Shown: positions 37,310 to 45,626 of the stretch, in pieces
Layout: each line of letters opens with the position of its first letter
How positions within the stretch are numbered: position 1 is the stretch's first letter
NCBI GenBank assembly: GCA_036505795.1
Contig: DASXSU010000095.1
Coordinates: forward strand, 18,242 to 82,241
Length of the DNA stretch: 64,000 nt
Reading direction: 5' to 3'
DNA from: Nitrospirales bacterium
Lineage (GTDB): Bacteria > Nitrospirota > Nitrospiria > Nitrospirales > NS-4
The notes under the pieces: generated by a model
What the model was told of the DNA's origin: nothing
The model's database searches: none
The model's input: only the letters and a program-made list of their open reading frames with translations
Made by a program: the position numbers and the translations under genes

Positions 37310-38395
37310 TCACAACCGATCCAACCGGTAGGTAATGACCGTCGCCAGGGTGAAATCGGGCGCCGAGTCACGGGTAAAATCAAGGTTCTCAATTCCATAG
37401 AATTGCCATAGGAGCCTTGGCGTGAACCGATACCCGAATACCAGCACGCCCTCGGTGATGGCGTTATCGAGTAATTTCATGCCGGTATGGTGAAATGGGG
37501 ACTGATAATAATCGAACTGCCCCGTAATCGAGAACTTCGGGGTGATGACGAACTCTACGCCGGTGATCGAGGTCATATAGGCCCGCAGTCCAAATCCAAG
37601 ATAGTGACCGATCGGAAAGATCTCATTCACATTCTGGTACAAGACCACATGCCCCAGGAAGGCCTTTTGCGCGGCGAGCCCGAAACCGAGATCTACCAAG
37701 CCGGTTCCAAATGCTCGGCTTTGGTCCCCGGTCGGGATCTTGACAGCCATGCGAAGCGCGATGCCTGGAAGATATTTTTTCTCAGGAATCACGAGCGCCT
37801 TGGACGAGAGGACCGTATCGGTCAGACCGTAAGCGCCATTGGTTCCCTGGAGCACAGTCTGGCCGTTGCGTGAAAGCCTATAGGCAAAGCCGGCATGGTT
37901 GAGATTGACACGAAGCGGCGCCGGCCTATTGACAAGATGCTCGACGGCCGTCACCAGACCATCGAGTCCGCCCGAGTTGTTATACAGCGAGGCGATCTCG
38001 ATGCCGACCTCGGTATTATGCAGAAGTCCGTAGCGAAGATCGATTGACGACCGAAGTTGATTGAGCTTGAGGACGGCGCTCGCCGTCGGAGTCGTCTCTT
38101 GGAGAATGGTGCTGCTTTCGGCGACATGGAGTCGCATCGCAAATCGTCCCTTGGCCACAGGATGAATCGATTCTCCGGGTATCTGCAACGACAGTCCCTG
38201 AATCGGCTGGAAATCTCGGACAGGCGCAAGGCCTTGTCCTATGTATGATTCCTGAGCCCGGATGCCAGGGGGTGTTGCCACAAGAAGGAAAACGAAGAGC
38301 GCTGCCGCTGGAAAAAATGGGGTCAGAGTCGACTTATTCACGACTCGCGGAATCCTAAAATCAATAAGTCGACTCTGACCCCAATTGGGGGCCAT
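37310..38395 (-). CDS. putative outer-membrane protein (DUF3187-like)
   Basis: The ATG at 38395 overlaps the upstream stop (TGATG). It has a hydrophobic signal region (AAALFVFLLVATPPGIRA) and beta-strand-rich sequence ending TLATVITYRLDRL. The family call is from memory and the start is uncertain. Confidence 0.5.
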   Translation of the reverse strand: MAPNWGQSRLIDFRIPRVVNKSTLTPFFPAAALFVFLLVATPPGIRAQESYIGQGLAPVRDFQPIQGLSLQIPGESIHPVAKGRFAMRLHVAESSTILQETTPTASAVLKLNQLRSSIDLRYGLLHNTEVGIEIASLYNNSGGLDGLVTAVEHLVNRPAPLRVNLNHAGFAYRLSRNGQTVLQGTNGAYGLTDTVLSSKALVIPEKKYLPGIALRMAVKIPTGDQSRAFGTGLVDLGFGLAAQKAFLGHVVLYQNVNEIFPIGHYLGFGLRAYMTSITGVEFVITPKFSITGQFDYYQSPFHHTGMKLLDNAITEGVLVFGYRFTPRLLWQFYGIENLDFTRDSAPDFTLATVITYRLDRL

Positions 38396-39612
38396 CAAAA
38401 TGGAAAATCCAGACCAGCGAAGACGGCATTGCCGTCTTTGCTGGTGGCAACATCCACCCGGCCGACCACATTCGGGCGCGCGATCGCTCGAAAGCCGATT
38501 CCAGGATTAAATTCGTACTGAGAGAACGCGCGGTACTGGAAGCTACTCAACACTTTACCAATATCAAGAAAGGGGGCGGTTTCGATCTCAGCGACGGTGC
38601 CAAAAAGCCGGAGGTGGAACAACTGGATACGCTCCTCAAAGTTAAAGACGATCGAATGGTCGTCGACAAAGCGACCGATCCCAAATCCTCGCAGGGAATT
38701 CTGGCCGCCCAACATGCTCCGCTCGAAAAATGGGATCTTCTCCCCCCCAAGGGTAGCCTCGAATTTACCACGGAACGCGAAGGTGTAGCGTTTGGTCTGG
38801 TCCGGGATCAGTTTTCGATATTCAATGCCATATTTGCTGAAGACCGTTGTGTGGTCGGACGTCACCGACTGCGCCAGTTCCGAGTACATTGTAAAGTAGG
38901 ATCCGATCGTCGGGCTGACGGCGTCGTCGCGTGTATCGCTCAAATATCCCAGCCTATTGCCAAAAATGGTGGCGCCCCCTGTCCCTTTGACGGTTGGAAA
39001 AACTGACTGAGTAAATGAAAGGCTTGGGATTCCGCCCGGCTGTAACTCCACATTGCGTACTCGTCCGGTGATGATGACCCGCTTTCCGGGACCGATATAC
39101 ATCCCGGCCGAAAGATAGCCATAGAGTTCCCGGTCCGTATAGTTCGTTTCACTCGACTGCGGAGCCTTCGGACCCAGCCCGAAAAACCGCGATGTCGCGT
39201 TCTTGTAAAAACCTCCGCCCAATTCGAGGCTGTAGCGGCCTTGCGAGAGATACAGGTTGCGATAATTCCCCACCAGTTTGCGCTCGATTCTCTCGGTGTA
39301 GGAACCTTGAAAAGTCATCTCCTCCCCACGGGTGGGATACTTGAAGAGATTAAGCGTCCCCCGCGAACCGAGAAACTCGTTGTGCACATACATGGGCGCG
39401 ATGATCTTATTGATCCTGCCATCGGCGTCATTAAAAATGAAGGGAGCGATAAGGCCGAGGTCGACCCCGTCGTTCTTCGAATTCGCAATTGCGGGGATGA
39501 GGAAGTAGTTCCAGTCTCGGGCGGCGGCGTGTCCCTTCGCAGGCAGGCTCAGCGCCAGCACGGAGGCAACCACCAATCCCAAGACGACGGAAACGCCGTC
39601 ACGGAATCTCAA
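38395..39612 (-). CDS. Omp85-family (bacterial surface antigen) outer-membrane barrel without recognisable POTRA repeats
   Basis: 405 aa with a signal peptide (VVLGLVVASVLALSLPAKGHA). LGGQNSLRGFGIGRF and the C-terminal VFAGLDFPF (terminal Phe) are Omp85 barrel hallmarks. Confidence 0.65.
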   Translation of the reverse strand: MRFRDGVSVVLGLVVASVLALSLPAKGHAAARDWNYFLIPAIANSKNDGVDLGLIAPFIFNDADGRINKIIAPMYVHNEFLGSRGTLNLFKYPTRGEEMTFQGSYTERIERKLVGNYRNLYLSQGRYSLELGGGFYKNATSRFFGLGPKAPQSSETNYTDRELYGYLSAGMYIGPGKRVIITGRVRNVELQPGGIPSLSFTQSVFPTVKGTGGATIFGNRLGYLSDTRDDAVSPTIGSYFTMYSELAQSVTSDHTTVFSKYGIEYRKLIPDQTKRYTFAFRGKFEATLGGEKIPFFERSMLGGQNSLRGFGIGRFVDDHSIVFNFEERIQLFHLRLFGTVAEIETAPFLDIGKVLSSFQYRAFSQYEFNPGIGFRAIARPNVVGRVDVATSKDGNAVFAGLDFPF

Positions 39613-39642
39613 TATGGCTATGATGCTCGTTCCGATACGATA

Positions 39643-40296
39643 TTAATCGGCTTTACGACGCTCAGGAGCCGCGCCGGGAGCCGAGATGACGTCCGCCTTG
39701 TCACGAATCGTCTTGCTCAACGACTCAAATGAATCCTTGCGAAGGATTCGCTTGAACTGCTCGCGATAATTGCTGACGAGCCCTGTCCCCTCAACCACGA
39801 CATCGTAGACGCGCCATTCGCCGCCGCCGTGTTCCATTTTGTAGTCGATAGGGACTTGGGATTTTCCTGTATCGATCTCGGTCCGTACCTCGGCATACTC
39901 GCCGTCCGTAAGCTCTTTGAGGTAGTGAATCTTCTCCCCGGAATAGTTTTCGATACGACCCAGGTATGAACTGGACAACAATGTGCGAAAGGAATCCACA
40001 AAGTCTTTGCGCTCCTCGGGAGTGCGCTTGGCCCATTCCGACCCGACCGTGCGCTTTGCCATTTCCTGAAAATTGAAGCGCTTGCCGATCACTGATTCAA
40101 GCTTCTTGCGCCGCTCTTCTTTCTTCTCCGGCACTTTTAAAGCCGGGTCTTCCAGCACGATGAGAACTTCATCGACGGACTGCTTGAGAGCCTCCGTAGG
40201 CGGACCTGCCGACGCGATACCTCCTGTCAGCGCTATCCACCCGGCCAAGAAACCGATCGCGAGCATCCCGCTCGTTACCCCGCTACACTTTGGCAT
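39643..40296 (-). CDS. mlaC: MlaC/Ttg2D-family periplasmic lipid-binding protein (HpnM-like)
   Basis: 217 aa with a signal peptide. FNFQEMAKRTVGSEWAKRTPEERKDFVDSFRTLLSSSYLGRIENYSGE is the typical MlaC/toluene-tolerance core. Confidence 0.8.
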   Translation of the reverse strand: MPKCSGVTSGMLAIGFLAGWIALTGGIASAGPPTEALKQSVDEVLIVLEDPALKVPEKKEERRKKLESVIGKRFNFQEMAKRTVGSEWAKRTPEERKDFVDSFRTLLSSSYLGRIENYSGEKIHYLKELTDGEYAEVRTEIDTGKSQVPIDYKMEHGGGEWRVYDVVVEGTGLVSNYREQFKRILRKDSFESLSKTIRDKADVISAPGAAPERRKAD

Positions 40297-40400
40297 TCCG
40301 CTCTCCTCTCTGACGAACTGAACATGATCGACCGGATCGCTCCTTCAACCTGTACAATGCTATTATACATCCTGCCGCAGCGAGATGCTTTCGCCTGGCG

Positions 40401-40895
40401 TCATTTTGCGGGCTTCCCGCTGCCATCCGGCTTTCCTTCGTCTTTTCCGCTGCTCCCGGCGCTTCCGTGAATGAATTCGCCGATGATGGCTTCTAAGTCT
40501 ACTCCTGATTCCGTATCGCGGATCTTACCTCCGGCCGTGAGTTCCTTGTCGGAGCCCCCAGGGGAAAGAGCGACGTACTTGTCGCCGATGAGCCCGCGGG
40601 TTTTGATCGACGCAATGGCATCCTGGTACACTTTGAGGCCAGGATTGACTGACAGGGTTACAAGCGCGCGCTCGCCGTCCAGAGCGATCCGTTTTACTTG
40701 GCCGACCTGAACGCCGGCGACCTCCACCGGGGCGCCCGTCTTCAACCCCGCGACCGAATCAAAGACCGCTTGGACGTGCCGCTGGTTTGTTCCGACGACT
40801 TCCAATTTCCCGAGTTTTACGGCCAGATAGGTCAAGGCCGCAATGCCGACAAGAACAAAGATCCCTACAGTGAGCTCTAGCTTGGTATCCTTCAC
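40401..40895 (-). CDS. mlaD: MCE-domain protein MlaD
   Basis: 164 aa with a GTG start overlapping the mlaF stop (GTGA). An N-terminal TM helix is followed by the MCE core (AVFDSVAGLKTGAPVEVAGVQVGQVKRI...IKTRGLIGDKYVAL). Confidence 0.85.
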   Translation of the reverse strand: MKDTKLELTVGIFVLVGIAALTYLAVKLGKLEVVGTNQRHVQAVFDSVAGLKTGAPVEVAGVQVGQVKRIALDGERALVTLSVNPGLKVYQDAIASIKTRGLIGDKYVALSPGGSDKELTAGGKIRDTESGVDLEAIIGEFIHGSAGSSGKDEGKPDGSGKPAK

Positions 40896-41731
40896 GGTCG
40901 TCGCGCCTCCTGAACCGCTGCTGCCTCTCTCCCCGCAGGGGAAAGGTTCGGATGACCGGCCTCTCTGCCGCCATTAATGAACTCTTGGATGGCTGGGTTC
41001 TGGGTGCGCACAAACTGATCGGAGGGCGCCATTTCGGCGATCTTGCCATCGAGAAGCATCGCCACATAATCCGAAATCTGAAAGATCTCGGGAATCTCAT
41101 GGCTCACCATAACTGCGGTAAATCTGTACCGCCGTTGCGTTTCCTGAATCAGGTCATGGATCGTGCGCGCGAGAAGAGGATCCAGGCCGGTGGTCGGCTC
41201 GTCGAACAGCATGATCTCCGGTCCCAGCACAAGTGCGCGGGCAAGCCCGGCACGTTTACGCATACCGCCGCTCAGTTCCGAAGGATACTTCTGTTCCATT
41301 CCTGTGAGCCCTACCTGGTCCAGCATCTCGAGGACTTTTTGTCGGATCTCTTCTTCTTTTAAAGTCGTTTTCTCACGAAGCGGGAACGCCACGTTTTCAA
41401 AAACCGAAAGCGAGTCAAAAAGCGCCGAGCCTTGAAACAGCATCGCGAACTTCTTGCGGATCTCATTGAGCTCGCGTTGACCCAGCAGAGTAATATCAGT
41501 GCCTTCCACCAGGACCTGACCGCGGTCCGGCCTGATTAAGCCGATGAGGTGTTTCAGTAACACGCTCTTGCCGCCTCCGCTGCGCCCAATGACGGTGGTG
41601 AGTTTTCCCCGCGGAATCTCCAGATTCAAGCCTGTGAGGACCGGATGCTCGCCAAAGCTTTTGTACACGTCCACGAGGCGAATAACCGGCGTCGTAGCGC
41701 CTGCAGCTTCTGTACTCAAGGGGGTCACCAT
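40892..41731 (-). CDS. mlaF: ABC transporter ATP-binding protein MlaF
   Basis: The ATG at 41731 is preferred because the track start at 41770 overlaps mlaE. Walker A is GRSGGGKS, the signature is LSGGMRKRAGLARAL, and Walker B is IMLFDEPTTGLD. Confidence 0.88.
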   Translation of the reverse strand: MVTPLSTEAAGATTPVIRLVDVYKSFGEHPVLTGLNLEIPRGKLTTVIGRSGGGKSVLLKHLIGLIRPDRGQVLVEGTDITLLGQRELNEIRKKFAMLFQGSALFDSLSVFENVAFPLREKTTLKEEEIRQKVLEMLDQVGLTGMEQKYPSELSGGMRKRAGLARALVLGPEIMLFDEPTTGLDPLLARTIHDLIQETQRRYRFTAVMVSHEIPEIFQISDYVAMLLDGKIAEMAPSDQFVRTQNPAIQEFINGGREAGHPNLSPAGREAAAVQEARRP

Positions 41732-41736
41732 TGCGG

Positions 41737-42510
41737 TCACAGCAGCACCGACGTAAGGAAATAATCCCAAATCAGCACCAAGACAGACGCCAGCACGACG
41801 GCCTCGGTCGTCGCCTTTCCAAGGCCCTCCGCGCTCATCCCGGTGTTGTAGCCTTTATAGGTACACACCCAGGTCACTATCAGTCCAAAACTTAACGCCT
41901 TGAGGATGCCACCGTACACATCCTTCCACTCTACGGCCGACTGCATGGAACTGGTATAGGCGCCGGAGCTTACCCCTAAGAGCTCGACGCCGACGAGGTG
42001 GCCGCCATAAATCCCGATCACATCAAAGATGGCCACCAACAGCGGCATGACCAGCACTCCAGCCAGCACCTTGGGCGCCACCAAATACTGCATAGGACTC
42101 ACCGCCATCGTATCTAAGGCGTCGATTTGCTCGGTAATGCGCATCAATCCGATCTCCGCCGTCATCGCCGATCCCGCGCGTCCGGTCACCATCAGTGCGG
42201 AAAGCACCGGGCCTAACTCTCGGATCATGCTCAGGGCGACCGCAGAGCCTAGAAGACCCTCTGCCCCAAACTTGCGCAGCGAATAGTATCCTTGTAGCCC
42301 CAACACCATGCCGGTGAACGCCCCAGTGAGCACGATGACGAACAATGATTTTACACCGATGAAATGCATTTGCTTGAGCAGTTGGAGAAACCTAAACGGG
42401 GGACGTACCAACCATGTGATGGTCTGCGCCAGGAACACCCCCATCCGGCCCATCTCGCGAATGGTCGACAGCGTAATGGCGCCCCAATGGGCGACGGTCG
42501 ATGTGATCAT
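41737..42510 (-). CDS. mlaE: ABC transporter permease MlaE
   Basis: The ATG at 42510 overlaps the hpnG stop (TGATG). QMHFIGVKSLFVIVLTGAFTGMVLGLQ and RELGPVLSALMVTGRAGSAMTAEIGLMRITEQIDAL are the MlaE family core. Confidence 0.88.
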   Translation of the reverse strand: MITSTVAHWGAITLSTIREMGRMGVFLAQTITWLVRPPFRFLQLLKQMHFIGVKSLFVIVLTGAFTGMVLGLQGYYSLRKFGAEGLLGSAVALSMIRELGPVLSALMVTGRAGSAMTAEIGLMRITEQIDALDTMAVSPMQYLVAPKVLAGVLVMPLLVAIFDVIGIYGGHLVGVELLGVSSGAYTSSMQSAVEWKDVYGGILKALSFGLIVTWVCTYKGYNTGMSAEGLGKATTEAVVLASVLVLIWDYFLTSVLL

Positions 42511-43304
42511 CAAGAAAGCGCCACAGAACAATCCGGTTGTGGAGGAAGCTGGCAAGACGGAAGAGCCATGGCAAACCAGGCAAAAAACCGTCTCAACGTA
42601 TCGTCGGCGTTGTCAGCATGACACTTCATGCGATACAAACCTCGGAGCAGGGACGGATGTGTCATCAGTTCCAGAATACCACGTAACGAGCCGGAGGCTG
42701 AGAGCCAAAGGTTAAAATCCATGGGTAAATCATCCCCTACTTTGTCGGAAACAGCCCGTACCGCCAGAAACGGCACCTTTTCCATGGCTGCGATGCGGGC
42801 GATTGTCGCGCTTTCCATATCCACGCCGATCGCGCCACTGGCGGCGGCCAGAGCCTGCTTCTCCGATGCCCGCCATACGATATTTGCGACAGTGATGATG
42901 GGCCCTTTTGTCCACCCCACGCCCGCCTCCCTGGCGGCAACGGCCGCTGCCGTCAGCAACGTCTCATCAACCGCAATGGCAGTGGACGACCGCTCCTGAA
43001 TCCAATCATGGATGCTCGTGCCAAGGATCAGCGCGCCTACACCTTCTGGTCCTAAGCCACCGATGTAGCCGGTCGAAATTATTGCATCTGGAGAAATGGC
43101 GAGTTGGACGGCTTCGGTGGCGAGCCGCGCGCGCTGATGCCCAATGCCGGTTTTGATCAGATGCACTTCGACATCCTTCAATCGTCCGATGGCATGGGCG
43201 AATCTTCCGACGCGATCATGGCGTATGCGGCCAAAGAACTCTAAGACCGATTGTGCCGGAGCAAGTTCGCGAGCAGTCGCAGCCAGGATTGCGACACGCC
43301 GCAT
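42510..43304 (-). CDS. hpnG: hopanoid-associated phosphorylase/nucleosidase (PNP_UDP_1 family, HpnG)
   Basis: 264 aa. VAILAATARE, IKTGIGHQRA and VDMESATIARIAAMEKVPFLAVRAVSD are the nucleoside phosphorylase fold. The start overlaps the shc stop (TAATG). Confidence 0.8.
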   Translation of the reverse strand: MRRVAILAATARELAPAQSVLEFFGRIRHDRVGRFAHAIGRLKDVEVHLIKTGIGHQRARLATEAVQLAISPDAIISTGYIGGLGPEGVGALILGTSIHDWIQERSSTAIAVDETLLTAAAVAAREAGVGWTKGPIITVANIVWRASEKQALAAASGAIGVDMESATIARIAAMEKVPFLAVRAVSDKVGDDLPMDFNLWLSASGSLRGILELMTHPSLLRGLYRMKCHADNADDTLRRFFAWFAMALPSCQLPPQPDCSVALS

Positions 43305-45466
43305 TACGGCACGAGCCGAAGCTGTCCGTGTTTACGGTTGTGTTCGAGGATCTCGTCCCCGCGCGCGCGCCCTTTGAGCTTGAGAGAGCGGTACATCGAG
43401 AGCGCCCAGAGGGGAAAGTAGTGGCTGTAGCCGTGGTAGCGTAAATAAAACACCCGGGGAAAGCCGGTCCCGGTGAAATGGCGCTCCGGCCAGTAACCCT
43501 GGGAATTCTGATGACGGAGAAGATAGTTGACGCCACGGACGACGCTGATCGTCTCGACTTCGCCTGCGCACAGCAATGCGAGGAGCGCCCAGGCGGTTTG
43601 TGACGGGGTACTCTCACCGTTGCCGTGTGCGTCTCGATCCGCGTACGAGAGACATGACTCATCCCAGCCGCCGTCATGGTTCTGTTTTGAAACGACCCAG
43701 GCCACGGCCTTTCGAATATACGGGGCATGCATGTCTTCACCGATGGCTTTCAGCCCTGCGAGCACGGACCACACACCATAGACGTAGTTGACCCCCCAAC
43801 GGCCGTACCACGAGCCATCCTTTTCCTGTTTCTCTTTCAAGAACCGGATTCCCCTGACGGCGGCCGGGTGCGACCGATCATAGCCCAGCGCGCCCAGCAT
43901 CTCGAGTTCTCGACCGGTCACGTCCGCGGTGCTTGGGTCCAATAACGCGCGGTGATCGGCAAACGGGATCTCATTAAAGAACATTCGATTATTGTCGCGG
44001 TCGTAGGCGCCCCATCCGCCGTCGCTTCCTTGCATCGGCAGGGTCCATCTCAGTCCGCGCTGCACCGAGGCATACAAGTCTTGTTGTGCCGGAATTTTAA
44101 TCTTGGAAAGCGCGATCAGGACGGCCGCGGTATCGTCATTGTCAGGATAGCATTCATTCTCAAACTGAAAATACCAGCCGCCCGGTTTGGAACGTGGGGA
44201 CGAGACTATCCAGTCGCCGACTTTTGTACATTGCCGCGAGAGAAGCCACTCTGCCGCCTGGACGAATGCGGGATGTTCCTGGGGAACGCCGCTCTCGATC
44301 AAGGCGCTGATGGTCAAGGGAGTATCCCAGAGGGGGGAAAAACAGGGCTGCAGGTGTAACGTGTCGCCGCGATCCACCTCCAAAGCTTCGATTTCACGAA
44401 AGGCCTTTTGCACCAACTCGTGATCATCCGGAAAGCCCAAGCAGCGCAACGCGAGAACCGAATTCGCCATGGCGGGATAAATGGCCCCCAGGCCTCCCTC
44501 ACCCTGCATCCGGGGCACCATCCAACGTGCCGCCTTCTCCACGCCCTTTTTCCGAACCCATTGCGGAACGAGCCGGTCATACACCCGTAACGCGCTATCG
44601 AGCGCAATAAAGACATTTCGCCATGTCAGCCAGCGGTCATCTTTTCGAAATGGAGGCTCCCGCCGAAAATCGACGAGTTCTCTGGGGATGCAATACAGCT
44701 CATCGATCCCCTGTTCCTTGGGAATTTTGCAGACCGGTTTGTTTGCAAAAATGATCAGCAGAGGCACCAGCACCGTGCGCGACCAGTAGGAAAGCGCATA
44801 CAGGTTGAAATAAAACCAGGGCGGTAATAAGGTGAGCTCGGCGGGCATCGTTGGAATTCCCCGCCAATCGTACTGATCAAATAAGGTCAGGGCAATCTTC
44901 GTGAAGACATTCGTGCCAACCACCCCGCCCTTCTCCAAGATCGTCGCCCGAGCTTTCTGCATAAACGGCTCATCTGCGGGAATGCCGGAAAGTTTCAGGG
45001 CGAAGTATGCCTTCACCGAGGCGCTGATTTCCGGGCTTCCTCCGTGATAGATGGGCCAGCCGCCTCCGGCAAGTTGGCTCTCAATCAGGTAGCGGACCGC
45101 CTTGGCCTCCTTTTCCGGCTCACGAAAGCCCATGAAGCGCCTCAGCATGATGTACTCGGCGGTCAACGTGGTGTCGACTTCTAATTCATGGATCCAGTAG
45201 CCGTCTTCCGACTGCTGCGCAAGGAGCCACTCTTGACCCCGGCGAATCGCCTCATGAAGCGTCCCAGAGTGGTGAGGCCCGTAGGTCGGTTCAAACCGAC
45301 GCGGTAAGCGAGGTAAGGATGCCCCGTCGCCGGAAAGGTTCAGATTACCACCGACTAAACTCAGCAAACGATTGGCATTGCGGCGCGCCCGCTGCTGTAC
45401 GCGCGGGGGTGCAGCAGACAGGATCCTCTCAGACCAGGTAGTCAACAGACCCAACAATCGCTTCAT
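43304..45466 (-). CDS. shc: squalene-hopene cyclase
   Basis: 720 aa. The catalytic DxDDTA is YPDNDDTAAVLIAL. Multiple QW repeats are present (QQSEDGYW, QLAGGGWP, QGSDGGWGAY, QEKDGSWYGRWG, QNHDGGWDE, QNSQGYWPE). The N-terminus is ~50 aa longer than typical, so the start is uncertain. Confidence 0.93.
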   Translation of the reverse strand: MKRLLGLLTTWSERILSAAPPRVQQRARRNANRLLSLVGGNLNLSGDGASLPRLPRRFEPTYGPHHSGTLHEAIRRGQEWLLAQQSEDGYWIHELEVDTTLTAEYIMLRRFMGFREPEKEAKAVRYLIESQLAGGGWPIYHGGSPEISASVKAYFALKLSGIPADEPFMQKARATILEKGGVVGTNVFTKIALTLFDQYDWRGIPTMPAELTLLPPWFYFNLYALSYWSRTVLVPLLIIFANKPVCKIPKEQGIDELYCIPRELVDFRREPPFRKDDRWLTWRNVFIALDSALRVYDRLVPQWVRKKGVEKAARWMVPRMQGEGGLGAIYPAMANSVLALRCLGFPDDHELVQKAFREIEALEVDRGDTLHLQPCFSPLWDTPLTISALIESGVPQEHPAFVQAAEWLLSRQCTKVGDWIVSSPRSKPGGWYFQFENECYPDNDDTAAVLIALSKIKIPAQQDLYASVQRGLRWTLPMQGSDGGWGAYDRDNNRMFFNEIPFADHRALLDPSTADVTGRELEMLGALGYDRSHPAAVRGIRFLKEKQEKDGSWYGRWGVNYVYGVWSVLAGLKAIGEDMHAPYIRKAVAWVVSKQNHDGGWDESCLSYADRDAHGNGESTPSQTAWALLALLCAGEVETISVVRGVNYLLRHQNSQGYWPERHFTGTGFPRVFYLRYHGYSHYFPLWALSMYRSLKLKGRARGDEILEHNRKHGQLRLVP

Positions 45467-45626
45467 AACGCCTTTCTGCCTCTACTATGATTGGTGTTAT
45501 CTGCCCCCTGGAGGGAGGGAGCCCCATTGAAGGCTATCGAAGCCGGAGTATACAGCAAAGCGTTGCCTAACTGTCAAGAGAAATCACGCTCATTATCAAT
45601 AGGTTACCAGTCAGCCACCACCACCC

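Noticed and set aside
43216-43740. 174-aa - strand ORF spanning the shc/hpnG junction
   Set aside because: It is out of frame with two well-supported genes that meet at a TAATG overlap, and it has no motifs.
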